Source of the DNA: Candidatus Magasanikiibacteriota bacterium | Lineage (GTDB): Bacteria; Patescibacteriota; Patescibacteriia; Magasanikbacterales; UBA922 | DNA length: 58,489 bases | Assembly: GCA_042218065.1 (NCBI GenBank) | Contig: JBDGRL010000087.1 | Coordinates: 1-58,489 of the forward strand | Direction of reading: 5' to 3' | In this document: positions 27,364 to 36,072 of the stretch, piece by piece | How the letters are laid out: each line of letters starts with the position of its first letter | Position numbering within the stretch: position 1 is the stretch's first letter | Program-made: the position numbers and the translations under genes | The notes under the pieces: model-generated | What the model saw: the letters and a program-made list of their open reading frames with translations, nothing else | The model's database searches: none | What the model was told of the DNA's origin: nothing

Positions 27364-27932
27364 AGAAATAATTGTTTAAAAACTTTGTAAATGGGTTGTG
27401 TAATATTATCTAAAAGCCAAGGTGAAATCAAGACAAAAAAAGCTGCTACCAAGATGCCACCCAGCACATCTTTCGGGTAATGAACGCCTACATACACTCG
27501 GCCTGCTCCAACTAAAAGCGCAAAAAGAAGTAGAATGAAACCAAACCAAAGAGGTGCACCCATCAATACTGTGCTCAACATGATAATAAATGCAGCTATA
27601 GTATGGTCTGACGGAAAAGTTTTCCAGGTACTCAACGGATTCAACAGTTGTTTTATCTCAGGATACTTTTCAGAAGGTCTATTTTTTGGCGAAATAAAAG
27701 CCCAAGCCCAACTAAATAAATAGGCAAAAGCACCAGCTGTAAGTATTATTTTAAAAAATCTCTTTAAGTTATCTACTCCAGATTCAGCCAAAACTGTAGT
27801 AGCCCACAAAAAAGCTAAAAACACCAGAACAAAAAGTAAATTATGTGCACAAAACATCATGATCTTATCCAACCACTCCTTTTCTCCTATTTTATCATTT
27901 ATTTTAAGAAATAGATCTTCGCTCCAATTCAT
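27360..27932 (-). CDS. PAP2-family lipid phosphatase (undecaprenyl-diphosphatase-like)
   Basis: KxxxxxxRP-like, PSDHT and GRVYVGVHYPKDVLGG motifs. Overlaps the downstream gene by 4 nt. Confidence 0.8.
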   Translation of the reverse strand: MNWSEDLFLKINDKIGEKEWLDKIMMFCAHNLLFVLVFLAFLWATTVLAESGVDNLKRFFKIILTAGAFAYLFSWAWAFISPKNRPSEKYPEIKQLLNPLSTWKTFPSDHTIAAFIIMLSTVLMGAPLWFGFILLLFALLVGAGRVYVGVHYPKDVLGGILVAAFFVLISPWLLDNITQPIYKVFKQLFL

Positions 27933-27945
27933 AATATTTGGTTGA

Positions 27946-28962
27946 TTATAAAAATTCCCTTAACTTCCTTGCTATGGAATAAAAATTATAGCGAATAGCC
28001 CCTAAAATTACATCCTTAGCTGGCGGATAGGAAATAGGTTTGGGATTAAAACGAACTTTAAACCTAGTAACACCTGATAAACTATGATCTTCGGGCCAAC
28101 ACTTACCAAAAGACTTATCGTAACCAGACATATCTTCAATCTCCTCTTCATCATAAACCGGAGCCGAACCCCAAAAGTCATAGTAACTGCACCCTCGATC
28201 TTTAGCTAACCTGATACCTTCCCACTGAATCTTATAGGTTGCCATCACATCACTGTGTTTTCTGGTCGAAGCGCCATGTAAGTAAGTCATGGTGTCATTT
28301 GATTCTATCAAGATATTAGATGCCAAGGGTTCTCCTTGAAAATAAGCAATCAGCTGATAAGAAGAATCCAATTCCAGCATTTTTTCATAATAATTTTTGG
28401 GATGACCGCTAAAACCTGCCCTCTCTTCAGTTTCTTTTTGCAGCTTATAAAATATATTTAGATCTTGTTCTTTTTTTACTTCTACTCCTTTCCTGTCCGA
28501 TAATCTAATATTGTACCTTGTCTTTGAGTGCATATCCTCCAATAAATCCTCCTCACTAGAATCTAAATTTAAAACTAAGGTATTTTTTGGTTGTCTAGAG
28601 TGTGAATCTACTGTATCATACTTCTCAAAAGACAACTGAGTATCTAATTCTACTTGCTTATTATTGTCGGGTTCAACTCTGCAAAAAGCAACTTTATCCT
28701 GAAGGTGACCAAACAACTCTTCAGTGCAGGCTTGGATGGGTATACGAGGAAAATAAGCATAGGTTAGCCCAGGAACCAACTCATGTATTATGCCTTGAGC
28801 TTGAGTTACTACTGAATCACCTTGTTTAAGTTGAAGCCTTAGCACATCTTTTCCTAAACTTTGCTTAAACTCTCCCCATTCCCAAGACTGCAAGAACTGC
28901 GATTGTTTCTGGCTATGATTTGATTTCCAGTTGTTCCTACTTTTACATTCTTCTATTTTCAT
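27946..28962 (-). CDS. FemAB-family peptidoglycan aminoacyltransferase
   Basis: FLQSWEWGEFK N-terminus and a YYDFWG C-terminal GNAT-like motif typical of FemX/FemAB. Confidence 0.7.
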   Translation of the reverse strand: MKIEECKSRNNWKSNHSQKQSQFLQSWEWGEFKQSLGKDVLRLQLKQGDSVVTQAQGIIHELVPGLTYAYFPRIPIQACTEELFGHLQDKVAFCRVEPDNNKQVELDTQLSFEKYDTVDSHSRQPKNTLVLNLDSSEEDLLEDMHSKTRYNIRLSDRKGVEVKKEQDLNIFYKLQKETEERAGFSGHPKNYYEKMLELDSSYQLIAYFQGEPLASNILIESNDTMTYLHGASTRKHSDVMATYKIQWEGIRLAKDRGCSYYDFWGSAPVYDEEEIEDMSGYDKSFGKCWPEDHSLSGVTRFKVRFNPKPISYPPAKDVILGAIRYNFYSIARKLREFL

Positions 28963-29008
28963 AGTAATATAATAATTGATTTAGTGGGTTGTTGCAATAA
29001 TTTTAACT

Positions 29009-29148
29009 CCTGAGACCGTTGAGAAACTATTCTAAAGCGGGTTCGGACTATTTCTGAGCTTCGCTGGTTAGGCAAGCTGAAGGCTTCAGCCCAGAATTAG
29101 CCCTGCACCCTCCTGATTATGTAGGTTTTTAAACGGTCTGACTCCTGG
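29009..29148. repeat. Structured intergenic element, copy A (homologous to 55832-55929)
   Basis: Blocks shared with copy B are GAGrCCGTTGArAAACT, CAAGCTsAAGrCTTCA and CTGCACCC. AGACCGTT (29013-29020) can pair with AACGGTCT (29132-29139). Confidence 0.6.
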
Positions 29149-29151
29149 ATC

Positions 29152-29180
29152 TTGATTTTGTTTAATTATTAATGTATAAT
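29152..29180 (+). promoter_or_regulatory. Promoter of rpmF-nusB-rnc
   Basis: TTGATT (29152-29157), 17 nt, TATAAT (29175-29180). Confidence 0.6.
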
Positions 29181-29263
29181 GCTTCTGCATTAATTTATAT
29201 TACTACTATTGGATTTTAAACTCAAAGTTATACTCAAACCAATAGTAAGAAATAAAAAATATT

Positions 29264-29431
29264 ATGGCTGTACCAAAGAAAAAAACACCAAAAAAAGCTA
29301 CAAAATCAAGAAGGGCAAACTTTGGAATAGAAGAAAAGAATACTATTATTTGCAATTCTTGCAATGAAGAAAAATTGCCACATCAAGCTTGTAGCAACTG
29401 TGGCTACTTCAAAGGAAGAAAAGTAGACTAA
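29264..29431 (+). CDS. rpmF: 50S ribosomal protein L32 (55 aa, absent from the ORF track)
   Basis: My translation is MAVPKKKTPKKATKSRRANFGIEEKNTIICNSCNEEKLPHQACSNCGYFKGRKVD. It has the MAVPKKKTSK start and CxxC...CxxC of L32. Confidence 0.85.
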   Translation: MAVPKKKTPKKATKSRRANFGIEEKNTIICNSCNEEKLPHQACSNCGYFKGRKVD

Positions 29432-29459
29432 ATTAACTTAACTCAATCCTTCCAAACTT

Positions 29460-29882
29460 ATGTCCAAACGGCACCTTGCTCGTTCCATAGCAATGCAAAT
29501 TCTATACCAATGGGACTTTCGCGGACGTCCTTCAGCTGCGCTTCCTGCTATAGCTGACAAAACTATAGAAGAATTTGGAGTTGGATTAGATGAAAATATA
29601 GAATATATCAAAGAAACCGTGGACGGCGTGACTGACCATCTCGAAGAGATCGATGAGGAACTGGAAGAGTACTCAACAAAGTGGGATATTGATCAGATGT
29701 CAATAGTTGATAGAAATATACTTAGAATAGGTCTATATGAGCTAAAAATAAATGATGACATACCGGAAAAAGTAGCTATTGATGAGGCTATAGAGGTTGC
29801 AAAATCATACGGTGGTCCCTCAAGTGGAAAATTTGTCAATGGTATTTTAGGTGCAATTTTTAATGACATGAAAGATAATTAA
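29460..29882 (+). CDS. nusB: Transcription antitermination factor NusB
   Basis: [17 protein letters not shown] ... [12 protein letters not shown] ... [13 protein letters not shown]. Confidence 0.9.
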   Translation: MSKRHLARSIAMQILYQWDFRGRPSAALPAIADKTIEEFGVGLDENIEYIKETVDGVTDHLEEIDEELEEYSTKWDIDQMSIVDRNILRIGLYELKINDDIPEKVAIDEAIEVAKSYGGPSSGKFVNGILGAIFNDMKDN

Positions 29883-29888
29883 AATCAA

Positions 29889-30647
29889 ATGATAGAAGCG
29901 TATAAAGAAAAAAACTTTGAAAAATTTGAAGAGAAAATAGGTATCGAGTTTGAAAATAAAAAATACTTAGTACAAGCTTTTGTTCACCGGTCCTTTATAA
30001 ATGAATCTCGAGATTTTCCACTTCATCATAATGAGAGACTGGAGTTTCTGGGTGATGCTGTTTTAGAGCTGTCAGTAACTGAATATCTATTTCGCAATTA
30101 TCTAAACCCGGAAGGTGAGTTAACCAACTGGAGAGCAGCTCTCGTCAACGCTGAGATGTGCTCTAGAGTAGCAAGAGAGTTAGAAATGAACCCATACCTA
30201 TTCCTATCTAAGGGGGAAGCCCAAGATGAAAACTCGAAAGCAAGAGATTACATATTAGCCAATGCAATCGAGGCGCTTATAGGTGCTATTTATTTAGATC
30301 AAGGTTTTGAAACAGCTGATGAATTTATCCGAGAGTGGATTGTAAATAAACTTCCGGAAGTGCTGGAGCAAGGTCTGTGGATGGATCCAAAATCCAGATT
30401 CCAAGAAGCAGCACAAGAAAAAGTAGGAATCACCCCTACATACGACGTACTGCAAGAAGAGGGTCCTGATCATGATAAATCCTTCTTGGTTGGGGTATTC
30501 TTAGATGATAAAAAGATAGCAGCAGGTACAGGCTCAAGTAAGCAAGAAGCACAAGAAAATGCAGCAAATAAAGCAATGAAAAAGAAAGGATGGGGTGGTC
30601 CCGATGTAAAAGTAAAAGAAAGAGAGCCTGGAGATCCATTGGGTTAA
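29889..30647 (+). CDS. rnc: Ribonuclease III
   Basis: NERLEFLGDAVLEL catalytic signature and a C-terminal dsRBD (GSSKQEAQENAANKAM). Confidence 0.95.
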   Translation: MIEAYKEKNFEKFEEKIGIEFENKKYLVQAFVHRSFINESRDFPLHHNERLEFLGDAVLELSVTEYLFRNYLNPEGELTNWRAALVNAEMCSRVARELEMNPYLFLSKGEAQDENSKARDYILANAIEALIGAIYLDQGFETADEFIREWIVNKLPEVLEQGLWMDPKSRFQEAAQEKVGITPTYDVLQEEGPDHDKSFLVGVFLDDKKIAAGTGSSKQEAQENAANKAMKKKGWGGPDVKVKEREPGDPLG

Positions 30648-30694
30648 AGAATTTTTCTAACCTGTAATTTGGATTTTTAGACAATCAATTTTAC

Positions 30695-30767
30695 GCACCG
30701 TTAGCTCAGTCGGTAGAGCAGGAGTCTCTTAAACTCAAGGTCGCAGGTTCGATTCCTGCACGGTGCA
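30695..30767 (+). tRNA. tRNA-Lys (anticodon CUU)
   Basis: Acceptor GCACCGT/ACGGTGC, D arm GCTC-AGTCGGTA-GAGC, anticodon loop CTCTTAA, T arm GCAGG-TTCGATT-CCTGC. No CCA is encoded. Confidence 0.9.
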
Positions 30768-30774
30768 CTGGTTC

Positions 30775-30833
30775 GATACACTTCTTCTGGCTTGCTGGTC
30801 AGCAAGCTGAAGGCAAACCAGAAGAAGTGTATC
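30775..30833 (+). other. Long perfect hairpin just 3-prime of tRNA-Lys, enclosing a partial copy of the element A motif
   Basis: 16-bp stem GATACACTTCTTCTGG / CCAGAAGAAGTGTATC. The interior contains CTGGTCAGCAAGCTGAAGGC, which shares the 12-mer CAAGCTGAAGGC with 29073-29084. Confidence 0.7.
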
Positions 30834-30928
30834 TGCAACTTATTTTCTTTAAAAATAAAGCAGTATTTGCAATTTTTTGTTTTCAATTATAATCAGACAA
30901 ACTGTGATATAAAATATTCAAAAAATAT

Positions 30929-31002
30929 ACACCCGTAGCTCAACTGGATAGAGCGGCTGACTTCGGATCAGCAGGTTGGGGGTTCGACTCCTCCCGGGTG
31001 TA
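30929..31002 (+). tRNA. tRNA-Arg (anticodon UCG)
   Basis: Acceptor ACACCCG/CGGGTGT, D arm GCTC-AACTGGATA-GAGC, anticodon stem GCTGA/TCAGC with loop CTTCGGA, T arm GGGGG-TTCGACT-CCTCC. Confidence 0.9.
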
Positions 31003-31030
31003 CTTTTTGCTTGTTTAAGTAAAAAATATA

Positions 31031-32362
31031 CTACTGGTCTTCTCTTAATCTATCTTCTATAAAAAGCTTATAACCAATTACATAAACTACCAGAGAAATA
31101 AGCATAGCATCTAAGGTAGAAATAGTAGTAAGCTTAAACAGACCCAAGCCATTAGATTTAACTGGCATTGTCATATAACCACCTATACTACCAATAAACC
31201 AAGATATGAAAGGGAAGATGCGAAGATTAGATATCTTATCAATATTTTCAAATTTATAGAATTCTCTATTAAAAAGATAGAAATCAGCTAGATAAACACT
31301 AGCTATCGGAGGAATAGCTACACTTAAGAGTAACAACCAAGACTGGAATTGGTCTAATATTCCCCAAATAGCAAGTAGTGTCCCTGCTATACCCACAATT
31401 ACCGTAATCTGCCACTTTTTAAGAGGAAATATTGTATTTAGTCCTAGAGAGGAAACATAAAGATTATTATCATTAGTACTCCAAGAAGCTAAAAACAGAA
31501 CTATAAAACCAAAAGTCCCCAAACCCAAAGAATACATTACTTTATTAAATTCCTCCGCTCCTGTAGGTGCTGCTGCTATTGCAGATATTATCAAGAGAAT
31601 TGGCAACATAAGAAGATGACCAAATGCTGCTGCACCTGCTCCCTGTTTTGGTGTTTCTGCGTACCTAGTTAAATCTGGCTTATAAACACTAGCTGCTATT
31701 ACACTTCCTACCACCATAGAAATGGCTGCACCTGTACTTAACGAACCGCCACTCATAAGAGATGATATAACACCGCCCTGCCCGAAAGCCTTATATAGAG
31801 ACAAAATTAATAATATACCTAAGAGTGGAACTGAAAATAGGCTTAACTTATGTAAACCCTTAAACCCAAATATAGCCGTTAGTATCATCAGCAGCCCTGA
31901 AAATCCAATTATTAAAGATTGATTAATTGATATCGAGAAAGTATTGCTAAGAATTTCCTGTAAAGAAAACCCAAAGACCCCAAGGTTGATGCCTACCCAA
32001 CCAAACATTGTCACTGCTATAACTAAAGCTACTACCTTTGCCCCACTTTTTCCGAAAGTAAATTTAGATATCATATAAGTCGAAAGTCGTGTCTTTGCCC
32101 CTACCATTGAAGTAGGGATAGTTATGAGAGTAACAATAGCAGTGCCTGCAAGAGTGGATATAATTAAGCCACTCAGAGTTAATTTATGCCCTAAAACAAA
32201 ACCTAGAAGAAGTATTGGTATTGCAATAATAGAACCAACAAATACTACTCCTATATTGAACCAATCTTTAGTTTCAGAATCTGGGACAGGTCTGTCAGCG
32301 TAATCCTCTAATAATTCTGATTTTTTACTATCTGGCCTAGAAGTGTTTGTACTTTTAGACAC
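31031..32362 (-). CDS. NCS1-type (purine/cytosine/allantoin-like) permease
   Basis: ~12 TM helices and a GTG start. The overall layout resembles CodB/NCS1 transporters; family assignment is by eye only. Confidence 0.5.
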   Translation of the reverse strand: MSKSTNTSRPDSKKSELLEDYADRPVPDSETKDWFNIGVVFVGSIIAIPILLLGFVLGHKLTLSGLIISTLAGTAIVTLITIPTSMVGAKTRLSTYMISKFTFGKSGAKVVALVIAVTMFGWVGINLGVFGFSLQEILSNTFSISINQSLIIGFSGLLMILTAIFGFKGLHKLSLFSVPLLGILLILSLYKAFGQGGVISSLMSGGSLSTGAAISMVVGSVIAASVYKPDLTRYAETPKQGAGAAAFGHLLMLPILLIISAIAAAPTGAEEFNKVMYSLGLGTFGFIVLFLASWSTNDNNLYVSSLGLNTIFPLKKWQITVIVGIAGTLLAIWGILDQFQSWLLLLSVAIPPIASVYLADFYLFNREFYKFENIDKISNLRIFPFISWFIGSIGGYMTMPVKSNGLGLFKLTTISTLDAMLISLVVYVIGYKLFIEDRLREDQ

Positions 32363-32455
32363 AAAATTAAGTTTATTAACTTGTACCTTAATTTTTTATA
32401 TTTTACAATTATAACTTTATTTTACCAAATAGAAAGATTTTGTTTTTAACCATTT

Positions 32456-32484
32456 TAGTTTGAACCCGTTCCACTAGAGCGTAC
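32456..32484 (+). repeat. tRNA-3-prime-end-like direct repeat R1
   Basis: TAGTTTGAACCCGTTCCACTAGAGCGTAC. Confidence 0.85.
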
Positions 32485-32556
32485 TGGTCTTTTTTTGTTT
32501 TAATTTGGGGGAAGTATTTTTAACCCTTTGTGAAAACATCCGAGTTCAGAGCTAAA

Positions 32557-33681
32557 CTATTCTACCTTAATTACTTTATCCTCAGTTACCTTCTTCAACT
32601 TTGCTTCCTTTTCTTGAGGGTAGTTACTTTCAGTAAAATCAATTGGTCCTGATGCACCCTCAAAGGAAACAGATTGAAGACCTTTAGAAATACCCTTGCT
32701 CGTAGCTTTGTCAGAACCCTCAATAGCTTTCTTAATAGCATACACCGCATCATAAGCTGTACCTGCTGCTATTTGTGGTTCTTTTCCGTGAAAATTCTTG
32801 AATTTATTTACAAAATCTTTGCTTGGTTGAGGAAAGTCAAAGAAGTAGACCCCTTTAGTCTCCTTTTTAGTTAGCTTTCCAGATTCAAGAAAACCTGCTA
32901 ACTTCTCGTGAAATAATGGAATAGCTTCTAGGTCTAGTTCTCGATATCTTTTTACAAAGTTTATATAATCAGCCTGATTAACCACTACTATTACTGAATC
33001 AGAGTCTTTTTGTTCAACTTTAGCTAGAACAGTACGCAAGTCATTGTTGTCTTTTTTGGGTAAAAAGATAGTATCCAATAGCTCACTATCTTCTTTTTTC
33101 AAAGCTTGTTTAAAAGCATCTACATAGGCTTTGCCCCAGCTATTATTTACTGAGATAATTACAGCATCTTTAACATTTCTCTTTTGAATAAACTTTCTTA
33201 CCGCCTTAATACTACCTTTAGCTGCTGGAAAAGTAGTATAGAAATAAGAACTATTTCGTGCCTGTTCAGATAAACTATCAAAAGGAGCACCTGCAGAAAT
33301 CATTGGAACCCCTTTTCTATTAGCTATTGGAATTACTGGATTGGCTAGAAAATCCCATTGTAATCCAACAATAGCAGAGACATTATTTACATTTATTAGC
33401 TTCTTTACAGCACTTACAGTCTTTTTAGGTTTAGTTCTGTCGTCTTCATAAATAGCTTTTATCTTCTTTCCATTTACACCGCCGTTTTTATTTATTTCAT
33501 TGATGGCCAGCTCTACTCCTTTTTTAATATTCTGCCCATAAAAAGAACCTGCTCCTGTTAGGCTAGAAACTATCCCTAACTTTATTTTTTCTTGTTTATT
33601 CTGTTTTTTGTTAGCGCTACAACCTGCTCCAAGTAAAATTATTAAAGAAAATATAGCAAGAAAGGATATTGCTTTTTTCAT
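32557..33681 (-). CDS. Lipoprotein, ABC-transporter substrate-binding protein of the Leu/Ile/Val-binding (type I PBP) family; orphan
   Basis: Lipobox LLGAGCS and LGIVSSLTGAGSFYGQNIKKGVELAINEINKNGGVNGKKIKAIYEDD. No permease or ATPase genes are adjacent. Confidence 0.8.
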   Translation of the reverse strand: MKKAISFLAIFSLIILLGAGCSANKKQNKQEKIKLGIVSSLTGAGSFYGQNIKKGVELAINEINKNGGVNGKKIKAIYEDDRTKPKKTVSAVKKLINVNNVSAIVGLQWDFLANPVIPIANRKGVPMISAGAPFDSLSEQARNSSYFYTTFPAAKGSIKAVRKFIQKRNVKDAVIISVNNSWGKAYVDAFKQALKKEDSELLDTIFLPKKDNNDLRTVLAKVEQKDSDSVIVVVNQADYINFVKRYRELDLEAIPLFHEKLAGFLESGKLTKKETKGVYFFDFPQPSKDFVNKFKNFHGKEPQIAAGTAYDAVYAIKKAIEGSDKATSKGISKGLQSVSFEGASGPIDFTESNYPQEKEAKLKKVTEDKVIKVE

Positions 33682-33909
33682 AGTAGTTTCACTAGTAAAT
33701 AAGACTGTCTTTAGCTTAGGATAAAGACATCAGTTAATCAAATAGACTAAAAGGGTTATGTTTCTGTAGAACCATCAAAATATAATATAAAAACCATAAG
33801 AAACGGTGCCTTTAAGTTAGTTAAATTTCCTCTTTGGAAGTAAAATATAACCCTCAATAAGGACTATTAAACTTAAGTTTGTAAGAAGATATTGTTTACT
33901 AATCACATT

Positions 33910-33938
33910 TAGTTCGAACCTGCTCCACTAGAGCGTAC
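33910..33938 (+). repeat. Direct repeat R2
   Basis: TAGTTCGAACCTGCTCCACTAGAGCGTAC. Confidence 0.85.
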
Positions 33939-34053
33939 GATACTATTCTTACTTTAATTTAGGTAAATTTATTTTAACCACCTTACTTACCTTCAAACTT
34001 TTTTAGAATCTAAAGAAATTATTATTTAAAATCTTATAAACAATATTTTTAAG

Positions 34054-34062
34054 TTATCCACA
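34054..34062 (+). promoter_or_regulatory. Perfect DnaA-box 9-mer
   Basis: TTATCCACA. A one-mismatch copy TAATCCACA lies at 34120-34128. Confidence 0.4.
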
Positions 34063-34068
34063 TATTTT

Positions 34069-34104
34069 ATAGATGTAACATAGATGTAACATAGATGTAA
34101 CATC
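34069..34104 (+). repeat. Iteron-like tandem repeat, 11 bp x 3.2
   Basis: ATAGATGTAAC repeated perfectly at 34069, 34080 and 34091, then a partial ATC. Confidence 0.9.
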
Positions 34105-34132
34105 TAAGGGAATTTTAATTAATCCACAGACC

Positions 34133-35692
34133 TCATAAAAAACTTTGTTGCTTATCCTCATCGTTGCTATTGTTTGAGTTCTTTGCTGGAGAAGACAAAT
34201 CTTCTTTTTCAAAAATTTCACTATTTAAGGTGTACTTTACATTAGGGCCTTTTTCTCCAATTCTATCAACAATACCTTCGTTTAATAAACCGTTTAACTT
34301 CCTAATTACAGTTTGTCTTGACTTACCTATTTCTTTTGTAAAATCAGAAGTAGAACCTTCATCGTTTCTCGTAAGAAACTCTATTATCAATCTTTCATCA
34401 GGACCCAAGCCACTAATTACTTCTTGTTCAATCTCCCCTATTTTTTCAGCCTCTTCTTTTTGTGTCCTGTTTTCGATATCATTGTATAAAGTTATTGTAA
34501 AATTGATAGCTTCTTTATCATTATTTAGCTCGGGTTCTGGCAGACCCATATTAACCATCTCATCTTTTATGCGGTCCATACCTTCACTTGCATTTTTAAC
34601 GTAACCGAGGCATAAAAGTGATTGCATAATAAGAGGATTGCGGGCATAAGTTTTTTTATAGATATTGTTGAGAGTCACAACATTCGGTAAATTCCCTGGA
34701 CTTTGTACTTCTAGTCGATCATCAAACATTCTGATAAAAATAAATTCATTTTTTAGATTGTAAGCTCTGTGAGCAACAGCATTAACGATAGTTTCTTTCC
34801 AAGCAAAGCGAGGGTATTCTAGCTTTGTTGTAAATTTACCACTTTCTTCATCTAAAAAACTAAATTCTTTAATTTGATTTTTAATCATTGCAGAAGCTTG
34901 CTCTATTTGTTGTGGTAAAGGGCCTGTAAACTGTTCATCCTTTATTATATTTGAGTTTTCGCCTGTTCTAACTTCATTTCCTTCATAACGAATAAATCTA
35001 ATTTTAGCTCCAGGTATGAACTCTTCAGGGTTATCATAAAAGAGGAGCATAGCCGCATTTGTAACATCAACACCTTCCTTAGATTCTTTACCAAGACCTC
35101 TATGCAATAAGGTTTCTTGAGGAGATGGAGTGCTATCTAACGAATCTCTGCTAGCCCACTTTTCTTTAAATTTATTTAGTTCATCTTTATTCAAATCTTC
35201 TAAACTAACTTGAGGTTCAATTTCTTTCTCAAATCTACTCTGTCCTTTATCTTGTTTCATCAATCTCTTCTTTTCAGGGGAAAGTTTATGTGTTTGGTCC
35301 CCTATTCTTTCATAAGCAGTTCCATCTGTTAATTCTATAACCCTATCTCTAGAATAACTAACATAAAATAAAATTATCTTATCATCTTCCCCTTTTTCAT
35401 TTTTTACCTCCATTTCCCTCCAATTAACTTTTGCCTCCTGACAATATTCATTTGCTGACTGCTTTACCTTATTTGCTCTACTTTCACCAACTTCATTAAA
35501 ACCTTCAACCTTAGAGTCATCTTTTATACCAACCACAACTAAACCACCTTCAACACTACTGTTTGCAATTGCTGAAAACTCCTTAGCTAATTTTCTTTGG
35601 TGAACCTTTGCACTCTTCTTTTCAAAATTGCTACTTTCTTCTCTTTTAACTAAGGTTTTAAGATCAGGGTTATTGTATAATTCTTTACTCAT
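34133..35692 (-). CDS. AlbA_2 (Schlafen-like) DNA-binding domain + HATPase_c_4-like domain + C-terminal winged-helix protein
   Basis: EESSNFEKKS ... AIANSSVEGGLVVVGI, then NAVAHRAY ... LEVQSPGNLP ... ARNPLIMQ ... SEGMDRI, then a wHTH (SRQTVIRKLNGLLNEGIV). Confidence 0.7.
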   Translation of the reverse strand: MSKELYNNPDLKTLVKREESSNFEKKSAKVHQRKLAKEFSAIANSSVEGGLVVVGIKDDSKVEGFNEVGESRANKVKQSANEYCQEAKVNWREMEVKNEKGEDDKIILFYVSYSRDRVIELTDGTAYERIGDQTHKLSPEKKRLMKQDKGQSRFEKEIEPQVSLEDLNKDELNKFKEKWASRDSLDSTPSPQETLLHRGLGKESKEGVDVTNAAMLLFYDNPEEFIPGAKIRFIRYEGNEVRTGENSNIIKDEQFTGPLPQQIEQASAMIKNQIKEFSFLDEESGKFTTKLEYPRFAWKETIVNAVAHRAYNLKNEFIFIRMFDDRLEVQSPGNLPNVVTLNNIYKKTYARNPLIMQSLLCLGYVKNASEGMDRIKDEMVNMGLPEPELNNDKEAINFTITLYNDIENRTQKEEAEKIGEIEQEVISGLGPDERLIIEFLTRNDEGSTSDFTKEIGKSRQTVIRKLNGLLNEGIVDRIGEKGPNVKYTLNSEIFEKEDLSSPAKNSNNSNDEDKQQSFL

Positions 35693-35870
35693 ATATTTTT
35701 TTTATTTCTATTCAATTATAAAAAAATTGGAGGTAATGAGCAAGACTAAACTTAAATCATTTAATACCCGTAATTCAATGAAGGTATGAACGTTATGAAC
35801 TTTACAAAAGGTTTAAAGGTATTCAATACGTGTTAATTTATACTAGTAACCACCTCTTTCTTTTTAACTT

Positions 35871-35899
35871 TAGTTCGAACCTGCTCCACTAGGGTGTAC
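35871..35899 (+). repeat. Direct repeat R3
   Basis: TAGTTCGAACCTGCTCCACTAGGGTGTAC. Its 3-prime part and flank (GGGTGTACTTTT ... AGTAAAAA) match the tRNA-Arg 3-prime end and flank. Confidence 0.85.
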
Positions 35900-36072
35900 T
35901 TTTAACTAAATTTAGTAAAAATAATGTTTTAGGCCTTGACAAAGGGTTATTTTTTTTATATACTTTACTGATATCCTTTATCTTGGGATATTGTTCTTTC
36001 AAAAACAGTGTGTGGCATTTAGTTTATATGCTTAGTAGATTAAGTACCGCACACTGCGAATCTTGACTCGAA

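Noticed and set aside
29060-29110. Element A as the SRP (4.5S) RNA, because GGTTAGGCAAGCTGAAGGCTTCAGCC loosely resembles GGUCAGGUCCGGAAGGAAGCAGCC
   Set aside because: The apical loop is not a GNRA tetraloop in a register that pairs. The symmetric and asymmetric loops of helix 8 are not reproduced, and the flanks do not form a rod. The homologous copy B mutates the supposedly invariant positions (GAA to CAA, CAGCC to CAACT).
29009-29148. Element A/B (minus strand) as a TPP riboswitch or T-box, from GGGUGC, CUGAAG and CCAGCG resemblances
   Set aside because: The order and spacing of conserved blocks do not fit the THI-box (no ACCUGAUCUGGAUAAUGCCAGCG core) or the T-box (the motif would lie at the wrong end). 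The downstream genes are unrelated to thiamine or aminoacylation supply.
30701-30886. 61-aa minus-strand ORF in the tRNA region
   Set aside because: It overlaps tRNA-Lys and the long hairpin on the opposite strand, and it has no SD or promoter. It is an artefact of the ORF caller.
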